This document shows, piece by piece, positions 39,298-50,175 of a stretch of DNA of 64,000 bases. This DNA comes from Octopus sinensis (lineage: Eukaryota). The notes beneath the pieces were generated by a model that saw only the letters and a list, made by a program, of their open reading frames with translations, searched no databases and had not been told where the DNA came from. The stretch's first letter is position 1; each line of letters begins with the position of its first letter. The stretch is taken from contig NC_042997.1 of assembly GCF_006345805.1 (NCBI RefSeq), positions 176,204,001 through 176,268,000 of the forward strand. The letters are read 5' to 3'. The position numbers and the translations under genes were made by a program.

Positions 39298-40370
39298 TTA
39301 CTTTTAATCTGTATTTTTGTTACAGTTTGACTGAAAGCTTGGGGAGGGGAGGTAATGAAATATCTTTATGCAATACATGACAGACTTTTAAATGGATAAG
39401 GTTTTTCTAAGGATGTGGGCAGTACTTGTCATCACAATCCTTTAGATTTCTCTGAGACATGGTTCTCCTGGGATCTTATCTAGATGTTTCTGTCATCCCT
39501 TTTTTATCATACCTGGAGCACCTACAATAACAGGAACAGTTCTCGTTTTAAGATGCCACAGCTTTTGTATTTCAATTTCCAGGTCCTTATATTTACTTAG
39601 TTTGTCAAATTCCTTGACATATATATTTTTATCATTTACTTCTGTAAGTCTACAAGTATTTTCTTCCTTGTCTTTAATAATTATGTCTGGTCAGTTAGCC
39701 TGAATCATTCTGTCAGTATTGACTTGAAAATCCCAGAGGATAGAGACATTTTTACCTTCAATGACTGGCTCAGGATGATGTTCGTACCAGTAAGCAGGAA
39801 TGCTGATTTTGTAGTGTTTACATATTTTCCAATGTAAATACTGTCCTTCCCTATCGTGGCAATTTTTATGTTCATTTGGTGTCAGCACAGGACATTCCGA
39901 GACGAGATGGTCTATTGTTTCATCAAAAGTATTGCAGAATCTGCATTTAGGGTCAGAACCGTGTTGAAGAATGTTAGCCTGGTAGTTTTTTGTGATCAAG
40001 CTTTGATATTGTACTACTAATATGAAACCTTCAGTCTCTGCTTTCAGTCCTGAACCTCTCAGCCACTGATGGTTTGTTGCTTGGTCTACATCAGCATTTC
40101 GACTTTGAAGTATATACTGTCCATGCAGAAACTTCTGGCTCCATCACTCTTCAATTTGTTTCTGCCTGTTCTTTTTTGCAGTCTTCTTGATCCATTTTGC
40201 TTGTTTTGTGGCAGTGGTTTCAGGTTCTTCAACTATTTCAGGGTTAATGCTAAGTTCCCTTGCAAATTTGCAAGCTTCCTTGACAATTGAATGTGATTTT
40301 TTGCTGCTTTCGTGTTTGCACACAAGTTGCAGCATCCAGTCTTCTGTACTAGATACCAATCAATGAAGAG
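39298..40370 (-). mobile_element. 5'-truncated R4/Dong-like element, family A
   Basis: ORF 39691-39999 has a C-x2-C-x8-H-x4-C finger (CRFCNTFDETIDHLVSEC) and WYEHHPEPVIE...ILWDFQVNTDR. The linker ORF 40144-40359 lies upstream. Confidence 0.88.
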
Positions 40371-41458
40371 TGTGCTTGTGAGTACAGTGTATAAGTGACC
40401 TTAACCCATAATCAAATAACAGCCACATAACACTACATCTATTAGTCATCAAACAACTTGTGCTAATGTGAATGTTTTTATACATTCAGCAACTGCCATA
40501 AGCTGAATAAAGGAAGGATTTGGAAAGAGCAATGCTAATGTGGAATTCTGTATTAAATTGGGAATAACTTTTATGAAGACCTTTCTAATGCTGCTACAGC
40601 CCTATATGAAGGATTGGGCTGTATACAATGTTACAAGTGGTTTCAGCGTTTCAAATTGGTAAGATGATGAAAATCAAAGGAAAATCCTAAATCTAGACAA
40701 ACTTTCATGAAGACAGATGATCACATTGCAAAAATGTGGGCTGTAGTTTTTTTGGAAATGTCACTTACTGGAAAGTTTGTGCTATACATGTTACCACAAA
40801 ATTTGCCTTATCAGCAGATATATGAACAAAAACAGTTCTGAGTCAAAGTCAGTTCGGAGCCTTTTGATTGCTCAAATAAAGATGAAAATTTTTTTGAAAA
40901 GGGTGACAAAATGTAGGTGTAGGATTAGGATCCTGAAACAAAAAGGCCGGGGCCAATTTCAAATAATAGAAAAGATCAAAATAACTTTGCTATTGTGGAG
41001 GTCTTATAGCACAGTTCTACCTGCATCATTCCTCTTCCCCCATTATTTCTAGGTAGGTACAGACAATCAGCATCTGCTTTTGGGTGGTGCATGTTCTTAG
41101 AAGTTAGTATTTTTCTTGTCTTCCTATCCAGGGGTTGGAGCTCTGTAAGATTCCAGTTAATGATGTTTTATTATTATTATTATTATTATTATTATCATCA
41201 ATATCATTATTATTATTCTCATTATCATTAAGGTAGCAAGCTAGCAGAATCATTATCATGTTTGACAAAATGCTTAGTGCCATTTCTACCAACTTTACGT
41301 TCTGAGTTCAAATTCCAGTGAGGTTAATTTTGCCTTTCATCTGTTCGGAGTCGATAAAAAGAAGTACTTTTTGAGCACCAAGATCCATGTAATCACTCAT
41401 CCTCCTCCTCCCATAATTTCAAGTCTTGTCCCTATAGTAGAAAGAATTATTATTATAA

Positions 41459-41682
41459 TCTGTTGTGTCTGGGGTGAGTCATTCTCTTTTAGTACCTTAT
41501 TATTTAACACACTCACTGGTAAAATTTCCACTTATTTCGTCTTTTTATTTTCCTAAAATTTTCATTGCAAGATGCGACGAAAATTTTAGGAAAATAAAAA
41601 GACGAAATAAGTGGAAATTTTACCGGTGAGTATGTTAAATAATAAGGTACTAAAAGAGAATGACTCTCCCAGACACAACAGA
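41459..41682. repeat. Fold-back palindrome, ~105-bp near-perfect arms, 15-nt loop
   Basis: tctgttgtgtctggg...cctaaaattttc / gaaaattttagg...cccagacacaacaga. Confidence 0.92.
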
Positions 41683-41943
41683 ATATGCTTCAACACACGA
41701 ACTCATATAAAGAATCTTGCAAACCAAATCCAAAAACGAAATTATTATTATAAATTATTTTAAAAATCATCATTATCATCATTACCTTTTTCTTTTTAAT
41801 CATTCCATTCTAGATAAGTCCCCATACTCTATGTTCATGTTTGTATTGTCCCCCTCATCTGTCACCCTGGTGGCAAATAAAAGGAATTATCATATCATCA
41901 TCATCATTATTGATATTATTATTATTATTATTATTCATTTCAG

Positions 41944-42296
41944 AGCCAATCAAGACCGCTCAAAAGCAGAGGCTCGATTGATCCAGCTTGGTTATTTTCC
42001 TTTTATCAACCGTGCAAACACAGGAAACAGAGGTTCTTATCATAATTCGTCAAACACTTCACCGCACAGGCACCAACAAAGAAGCCATGGTGGTGGTTCA
42101 AGAGAACATTCTCCACACAGTAGAAATGCTGCAAATCTGTCTCCACACCATTCTAGTTCACCAAATCGCTCCCCAAGACAACTCTCTCCAAAGACATCTC
42201 TTTCACCAAGCAAATCCTCTTCCCCCAGAAGAAGTCCATCTCCATCTGCTCAACTTGCAGCAGCTTCAGGTCCCAGTGAAGCAGAAAAAGAAAGGT
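41944..42296 (+). CDS. Host gene exon B: (A)ANQDRSKAEARLIQLGYF..., Ser/Pro/His/Arg-rich linker, ...SEAEKER
   Basis: Acceptor (att)n-catttcag ends at 41943 and consensus donor gtaagt is at 42297. The 353-bp exon is phase 2 to 1, lies inside ORF 41717-42361 and is richer in GC than its flanks. Confidence 0.9.
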
Positions 42297-43369
42297 GTAA
42301 GTGCTACTGTTTTGTTGTTGCTGTTTTTTTTATTCTATATCTTTTGGATAAAAAATGTTAAGGACCTCTCTACAGATTTTCCATATAAATTATAGCATAG
42401 AAATTATAGAAATTTTTGTAATGGTTGCATAACAAAATACTGTGTCCCTACAAGTCATTAGTAAAAAAGGCTGTCTAATAAAAGAATAATCACAAGTCAG
42501 TTGGGGCTTGATTTTAGACTTTCCTATCACCTACCAATTTGGTGGTTTCATTCTTAGCCACAGGAGTCACCCATGCAATAGCAAACCAATTTACTATGTC
42601 AAACTGGATGGTCAAACTGACCATCCAGTATGTCAAACCAATTTGGTTTAATATACATATTAATAGTTTTCTGTAAAGTGTCAGCCTCTTGTACCAATAT
42701 CCAGCAACTATTAAGTCTCTTCCAGGTGCTTTCCCGATATGCAATTTGCCTACAGCAAACAGTGAAAGTTTCAGTTTCTGGGTCTCTTGTGTATGTTTCA
42801 CTGTCAATGTTAGTACAATATTCACTCCTAACTGCATTTAGCCTTGATGTAATTAGGTTGAAATCCCTCTTTCATTCCATATTTTAGACCAGAATGATTC
42901 AAGATCTTGAAAGGGAGCTTTCTTAACAGTTCTATTTTCCTTCCTCATCTGTCTGGATAATGCCTATGAATTGTATCAAACTTGTGATTTATACTGGTTC
43001 AGTCAAAAATTTCCTAAAGTAGTGGAGTTTTCACTCAGCTTCTTGAGTTCATACTTTAGAGTAATTAGATTTCCTTCACAAGCTTGGTGTGAAGCGTCAC
43101 CATGTTTTGTTAATTTATGCCTCAAATATTTAATTGGTGAGGTGTAGACTCGTTATTTCCCTTACATTTTATTGCCAATAATTGTGGTTAATCATCCAAT
43201 ATGGCAGTATAGAATGTTGATGTTTTCTTCAAGGTTTGTTTTCCATCTAGGTTGCTTCCATTTAGTAATTCATTACCATAAATACTGCAGATTTCTGTTT
43301 GGTGTTCTTTAAAAGTGATAGCAGCTGTGTATATGAGGGTACTGATATTTTAGTAATTAAAATCACATC

Positions 43370-43421
43370 CATGCTGACTAATACCTTCTTATTAAATTTG
43401 GGTGACAGAAACTACAGCCTT

Positions 43422-43457
<36 letters not shown>

Positions 43458-43701
43458 GTATACATAAAGTAATACATACTACAGATGTTAATGATGGGCA
43501 CATAAATTCATCATCATCATCATCGTTTAATGTCCGCTAGCATGGAGAACGGACATTAAACGATGATGATGATGATGAATTCTATGTGCCCATCATTAAC
43601 ATCTGTAGTATGTATTACTTTATGCATACATATGTGTGTGTGTGTGTTAAAGGCTGTAGTTTCTGTCACCCAAATTTAATCACAAGATATTAGTCAGCAT
43701 G
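43370..43701. repeat. Fold-back palindrome centred on two RTE 3' tips, ~150-165-bp arms, 13-nt loop
   Basis: catcatcgtttaatgtccg-ctagcatggagaa-cggacattaaacgatgatg; the arms include (CA)n/(TG)n and flanking sequence. Confidence 0.92.
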
Positions 43702-44933
43702 AAGCTGTTGTAGAAGGTACCTACCCAAGGTGCCATACAGTGGGACTGAACCTGAAACCACATGGTTACAAAGCAAACTTTTTAACCGCATAGTCACATC
43801 TATACATATAGATATATGTGCATGCCCACACAGACATGCACATATGCACATGCAACTTAGTTGTAAGTCACATCAGTATTACATATATTACTAGTTAAAT
43901 GCTGCTTTAATTATGGTGCATGTGATATTTATTTTATACACATGATATCTATATTTTTCTTTTCCTCTCACTCTTTCTCTTGTACTTCCTCTCTCATATT
44001 TTCTCTTCCTTTCACGTCTTTTATTACTTTCCATTCCTTTGCTTCCTCTCTCACCAGTGACAGCTTGTGTATAGGAACTGTGGGACTACAGCACCCCCTA
44101 TTTCCACTTGATATTATCAATAACATTCAATATAATGAGTCCTTTTTTTCTTTAATTCTTTCTTTATACTTGTACATTATATAATCTTTAAGCTTAATGT
44201 CAGTAGCCATCCCCTAGTTTATAAAAAAAGTCCTTGTTAGAACTGTGTACTTCGCAGTTCCAGCGACACAATGTTTGGCGGTTGTGCGCATGCTCACATG
44301 TCTGAGATAGGAAGCTTCACACTAGGGAGAGAGAGCACTGTGTGAACAACAGTGCCGGATGAAAGGTAGTGTTTCTTTTTGACCCTGCTTGTGTTGTGCT
44401 TAAAAACATGTTTATATTCTTGAATGTGATAAAGTGTAGAATTAGATTATTATCCTGCTTCCAGCTTCAGTGTTGCTGCCAGGAACTGAAAAATAGGGCA
44501 CATTTCCCCTACTTATTTTGTGATTTAGGGGAGATTTTTGAAAAACAAGGGGGAATTTGTGGTGGTATTCAATGAACAAATTAAACACTACTCAGCAGTG
44601 GCTAAAACGTGAACCAATCAAGTTTATGTATAAATCTTCTTTTTATGTTTGTTTCCTTTTACACAATATTAAAACAACAGCTAAAAATTTTTTAAAGCAG
44701 CAAAAATTTTATCTACGAGCTGCCACTGTCTCTCACCCACTCTTCCCTTTTCTTCTCTTGCTGTTACTTCATTTTATTCTCTCAGTATCTATTCTTATTT
44801 CTGTCAAATTAACACACATCCAAAATAATGAAATACCCTTTTTTTTCTTTCTTTTTGTACATAACTTTCTTCTATGTTATTTTTTTAATAAATTTCTTCT
44901 TTTTTTTTTAATTATTTTTTCCATCCCTGTCAG

Positions 44934-45060
44934 TAATTGAGAAGCTTGTCTCACAGTTTCCCCAGCAACCAAGGACTGTTATTGCTGCTGCTCTTGATGT
45001 TTGTAGCTACAATGAAGTACAAACAACAGCAGTGCTGCAGGCCTCTGAAAGTGATGACCG
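44934..45060 (+). CDS. Host gene exon C: (L)IEKLVSQFPQQPRTVIAAALDVCSYNEVQTTAVLQASESDD(R), third CUE-like domain
   Basis: A long polypyrimidine tract precedes ccctgtcag, and the donor G|gtaagt is at 45061. The 127-bp exon is phase 1 to 2, matching exons B and D, and contains the FP motif typical of CUE domains. Confidence 0.9.
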
Positions 45061-45860
45061 GTAAGTTAAAGAATGAAGTGAGATTTATGCTTCTTTCTCA
45101 CCACCACCACTATGATACTTTATTATTAACCCTTTCGTTACTATATTTATTTTGAGATGCTCTGTGTTTCTTTCAATTATTTTAAATATAACAAAGAATT
45201 TAGTAAAATAACTTAGTTATCATTAAACAAGTGTTAGGAACATAAATTGCGACTAAGGTTTCATCATCATCATCATCATCATCATTTAGCGTCCGTTTTC
45301 CATGCTAGCATGGGTTGGACGGTTCTACTGGGGTCTGTGAAGCCAGAAGGCTTCATCAGGCCCAGTCAAATCTGGCAGTGTTTCTACGGCTGGATGCCCT
45401 TCCTAACGCCAACCACTCCGTGAGTGTAGTGGGTGCTTTTTACGTGCCACCCGCACTGGTGCCAGACAGAGCTGGCAAACGGCCACGAACGGATGGTGCT
45501 TTTTATGTGCCACCGGCACGAGGGCCAGGCGAGGCTGGCAACGGACACGAAACGGGGCGGTGCTGGCAACGGTCGCGAAACGGAAAGTTCTCTTACATGC
45601 CACCGGCACTGGTAACACATCTGCAATTTCCATTGATCGATTTCGATTCTGATCCTCACTTGCCTCAATGGGTCTTCACAAGCAGAGTTTCGACATGCCA
45701 CCGGCACTGGTAGCACATCCGCAATTTCCATTGATCGATTTCGATTCTGATCCTCACTTGCCTCAACACGTCTTCACAAGTAGAGTTTTGTGTCCCAAGA
45801 AGGGAAGGTATGCATACGTAGGCTGGCTCCATCCCATGTAGAAGGCCACGGGTTGTGGAC

Positions 45861-48800
45861 TCACTTGTCCTGCCGGGTCTTCTCGCGCACAGCACACTTC
45901 CAGAGGTCTCGGTCTCTAGTCATTTCCTCAGTGAGACCTAAAGTTCGAAGGTCGTGCTTCACCACCTCGTCCCAGGTTTTCCTGGGTCTGCCTCTTCCAC
46001 AGGTTCCCTCAACCGCTAGGGTGTGGCACTTTTTCACACAACTATCTTCATCCATTCTCGCCACATGACCATACCAGCGCAAACGTCTCTCTTGCACACC
46101 ACCAACTGCTTCTTAGGTCCAGCTTTTCTCTCAAGGTACTTACACTCTGCCGAGTGTGAGTACCAGCATTACACATCCATCGGAGCATACTGGCTTCATT
46201 TCTAGCGAGCTTACGCATATCCTCAGCAGTCACGGCCCATGTTTCACTGCCATGTAGCATGGCTGTTCGTACACACGCATCATACAGTCTGCCTTTCACT
46301 CTGTGCGAGAGGCCTTTTGTCACCAGCAGAGGTAAGAGCTCTCTGAACTTTGCCCAAGCTATTCTTACTCTAGCAGTTACACTTTCAGCACACCCACCCC
46401 CGCTGCTGACTTGGTCACCTAGGTAACGGAAACTATCAACTATTTCTAGTTTTTCTCCCTGGAAAGTGACGGAAGTTGGTCTCAGAGCATTTTCAGTGTT
46501 TATTGTTCCTGAGCATCTGCCACATACAAAAACCATCTTCCTAGTTAGCCTTCCTTTGACATTGCTGCATCTCTTATGTGTCCATAGCTTACACTTGGTG
46601 CATCTTATAGAGTTTCTACCTACACCTTTTCTACAGATCGAGCAGGGCCATCTACCTGAAGGTGTTTGTGATTTGTCTACCTTCCTACTGATTACGACTT
46701 TGGTTTTAGCTAGATTGACTCTGAGGCCCTTCGATTCTAATCCTTGTTTCCACACCTGAAACTTCTCCTCCAGTTCTGATAGCGACTCAGCAATTAGAGC
46801 AAGGTCATCAGCATAGAGGAGCTCCCAAGGGCATCCTGTCTTGAATTCCTCCGTTATTGCCTGGAGGACTATGATAAATAGGAGGGGGCTGAGTACTGAG
46901 CCTTGGTGGACCCCTACCTCTACCCGGAATTCTTCACTGTACTCATTTCCAACCCTCACCCTACTAGCGGCGTCCCTATACATGGCCCGCACAGCTCTCA
47001 CTAACCATTCATCTATCCCTAGTTTTCTCATTGCCCACCAGATAAGGGATCGGGGGACCCTGTCGAAGGCTTTCTCCATGTCAACAAAAGCCAGGTACAG
47101 GGGCTTATCTTTGGCTAGGTATTTCTCCTGCAGCTGCCTTACCAGGAATATAGCATCAGTAGTACTTTTCCTGGCACAAACCCAAACTGCATCTCATCTA
47201 AACTAACTCTCTCTCTAATTAGTTGGGCTATGACCCTCTCCGTAACCTTCATCACCTGGTCCAACAGCTTGATACCTCTGTAGTTATTTGTATCTAGGGC
47301 ATCACCTTTACCTTTGTAGCAGTTGACTATTATACTGCTACACCAGTCATTGGGTATGACCCCTTTGTGTATCACCTGATTAACTATATGGGTGACTAGG
47401 CTATAGCCGACACTACCAGACATTTTGAGCATCTCTGCAGTGATTCCTGATGGGCCTGGGGCTTTCCCTGTCTTCATGCTTCTAATTGCCTTAGCTACCA
47501 CAGAACTATCAACTCGGATAGCTGGTCCCTCTGTTGGGTCAACATTCGGCAGACTCTCTTTATCCCATTCATTTTCTTCATTCAGCAACCTTTCATAGTG
47601 GCATCTCCAAACCTCTCTCTTCGCATCCTCATTTAGCGCAAGTGAACCATCTTCCATGCGAACACACTTCTCTCCTACCACATCACGATTCTCTCTCAAA
47701 CACTGTCTTGCAACACGAAACACCTCCAGTCTTTGGTCCTCACGGCGCAGAACATTGGCAAATTTTTTCTTATCTGCTTCCCCTCTGGCTAAATAAACCT
47801 GTCTCCTAGCTTCTCTTTTGGCAGTCTGATACAATTCCCTGCTACCCCCATTTTTCCAGACCTTCCAAGCCTGTCTCTTTTCTCTAATAGCCCTGTCTAC
47901 AATATTGTTCCACCACCACGTTATTCTAGGTCGAGAGGGGACTTTGCACCAGCCACAGATCTGGTCAGTGGCTCTCAGCAGGTTGTCCCTTAGAAACGTC
48001 CAGCTGTCTTCTACCCCCTGTGATGCTCTATCCCCTTCTACTTCGTCAGAGGCTTCAAGTAATATGTCCCTAAATCTCTGTCCATTTGCAGGATCTTTAA
48101 GCTTCCAGATCCTTCTTCTCCATATTTGTCGTCTTCTGGTTGTCCTCCTAGTCCTGATCCTAAAGTCACTAACTACCAGTCTATGTTGTGGGGTACATTC
48201 TTCACCTGGGAAGGTTTTGGCATTTATAAGCAGCCATCTCTCCCTTTGCCTTGTAAGGATGTAGTCAATTTGGCTGGTATGTTGGCCCGATTGGTAAGTG
48301 ACTAGGTGGCTGGTAGGTTTCCTGAAGTTAGTGTTGCAAATCATAAGATTATTTGCATCGCAGAACTCCAGCAGCCTGGTTCCCTCCTCGTTGCGGGAGC
48401 CATAGCCATAGCCTCCATGTACGCCATGGAAGCCCCCAGCATGTCGTCCAACGTGACCATTGAAGTCACCAGCCACAAAGATAAGGTCTCTGTCGTTCGT
48501 CAATGAGGTAGTCTGCAGTAGAGTGTCATAGAATCGGTCTTTCTGTCCATCGGGTAGCCCCGACTGAGGAGCATAGGCTGATATAATGGTTGCTAAACTA
48601 TGATGAAGCACTAATCTAATCTTAAGTATTCTGTCACTTACTCTGATTACCTCAATTACTTTATCTACCCATTTCTCAGCGATAAGTATACCCACGCCAC
48701 CAACCCCGTCAGTGTTCCCTGCCCAGAAAATCTTGTACCTGCGTTCCTTGCCTGTGAGGAACCTAGCTGATCCTCCTCTCCACCTTATTTCTTGCATGCA

Positions 48801-49025
48801 ACATATATCCACACATCTCCGTTCAAGCATCTCGACTATCTCACCAGACCTACCTTTCAGAGTGCCAACGTTGAGGGTGCCAACCCTGAGGGTGTGGAAG
48901 GCATGGGCTCTAGAGACCCTGGGACGGTGGACAGTAGCTTCGTGTACCTGAAAAGAAAGCTCGCATTTGGCAGAATTCATGTGCAAGAAATGAAGTAGTA
49001 AAGTAGCCTTCAGTACAACCTGCAT
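45861..49025 (-). pseudogene. RTE EN-RT ORF (~1050 aa), split by two frameshifts into ORFs 49025-47139, 47079-46048 and 46097-45861
   Basis: Adding one base near 47166-47172 restores PGKSTTDAIFLVRQLQEKY. The copy at 32781-32820 shows a net 2-bp loss near 46101-46110; restoring it gives RSIRCGVQERRLRWYG. No other stops occur in the three pieces. Confidence 0.9.
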
Positions 49026-49160
49026 AACGCTAGCCTTTCATATTTTGCACTGTATGAACATTACCTTACATAGGTCGAGACTAGGGGTAGGGAGGGGTAT
49101 GGATGGTGAGAGCATTTGCAGTCTTCATGGGAAGCAACCCCGGAATGGAAGAGAATAGGA

Positions 49161-49195
49161 ACTTCCGGCATGCGTGGTGGGGGTGGGAGGGCGGG
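49161..49195 (-). promoter_or_regulatory. Possible internal promoter motifs in the RTE 5' leader (ETS-type CCGGAAGT and a GC box)
   Basis: acttccgg at 49161-49168 and gggcggg at 49189-49195 in a locally GC-rich patch. These are motif matches only. Confidence 0.3.
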
Positions 49196-49747
49196 TGCAC
49201 CGTAGCTGAGTAAAGAGGTTCTGTTAATCGTGAGCTAGCAAATGGGTTTGTATGAATCGGGAGACAATACTAATTGAAAAATTGAAAAAATTGAAAAATC
49301 AGAGTGGCTATGAACCTGGAGACAAGTCTAAACGAAAAAAAAAATGTTTGAGCTAGACAGGGTAATGAGGGAATACTGAAAGAATGAGTGACAATACAAT
49401 GAGATGGAAATTGAAGAATAGAGAAAGAATAAGGATAAGTGCAAGAAAGAAGGTAGTCGTAGCGAGGTTGGACGATTCACTTAACTTTTAGCCATTCATG
49501 ATCTGTGCGTATTCTTTAGATATTTTGAAGCGAGTGGGGTTAACGATAATGCAAAACTTATGAAAACAAGACAGAGCCGGTTTCGTAACGAAAGGGTTAA
49601 ACTACAAATAGTGATTACTAGTGCTGTTAGTTACAGGTATCTAATGGGTGAAGCACAGGTTCACTGCATTTCTGACAGTGAGAGTGATAAAGAAGTGTCT
49701 GTACTTAGCTCAGAACAGATATCACAAAGAACTCAATCCTTCAGAAT

Positions 49748-50175
49748 TTAATCCTTTAGCATTTAAACTGGCTGTAACAGACTCAAATATGATACTTGTT
49801 TTCTGTTGATCACAGTCAAATCTGGCCTCTTACACCTACTGTACAATGTCATTCTAAAAATAAATAGTCACATCATGAATATATCTCAAAGCTATAAAAT
49901 AATGCATGATTAACTGAAAACAATGTGAATAAATAAGCATTACATTTGACAAAGCAATCTGAATGCTAGAGTTAAACCAGCCATATCTGATCCAAATATG
50001 TTACCTGCTTTATGTTCAAGCCAACTAGATCCAGCTCCACACACCTACTTTATAATATCATTCTAAAAATAAACAGTCACATCATCAAAATCTTAAAGCA
50101 TGCATGCTTAATTCAAAACAATATGAATAAATAAGCTTTACATTTGACACAGTAATCTGAATGCTAAAGAGTTAA
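49748..50175. mobile_element. Two tandem copies of a ~220-bp TTAA-flanked MITE (49748-49975 and ~49972-50175)
   Basis: Ends are ttaa-tcctttagcatt and aatgcta(a)ag(a)g-ttaa. The two copies are similar to each other and to 52849-53077. Confidence 0.7.

Larger units (their letters stand above)
45262..49550 (-). mobile_element. Near full-length RTE-clade non-LTR retrotransposon (LINE), antisense in the intron between exons C and D
   Basis: About 520 nt of 5' leader, then an APE endonuclease (TLNVGTL, DICCMQE, GDFNGH, IDY), an RT domain (NYRGIKLL, QFGF, KAFD, HQGSVLSP, YADD) and an RTE-type C-terminus (LRWYGHV.RM, RGRPRKTW). A ~600-nt 3' UTR ends in a (GAT)n tail at 45262. The 5' boundary is approximate. 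Confidence 0.95.
45126..49600. mobile_element. piggyBac-like non-autonomous element (TTAA-flanked MITE) split by the RTE LINE; arms ~45126-45261 and ~49551-49600
   Basis: TTAA-CCCTTTCGTTAC at 45126-45141 and GTAACGAAAGGG-TTAA at 49585-49600 form a perfect 12-bp TIR with TTAA on both sides. Confidence 0.85.

Noticed and set aside
41717-41943. N-terminal part of the 214-aa ORF (MQTKSK...IIIIIIIHF)
   Set aside because: It is intronic (ATT)n-containing sequence upstream of the acceptor at 41943.
44280-44420. Small CpG-containing patch with TGCGCATGCTCA (NRF1-like) in the B-C intron
   Set aside because: A single imperfect motif with no other promoter evidence.
44934-45060. Suspected frameshift in exon C
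   Set aside because: Recounting shows four C residues (TTT CCC CAG), so the exon is in frame with its neighbours.
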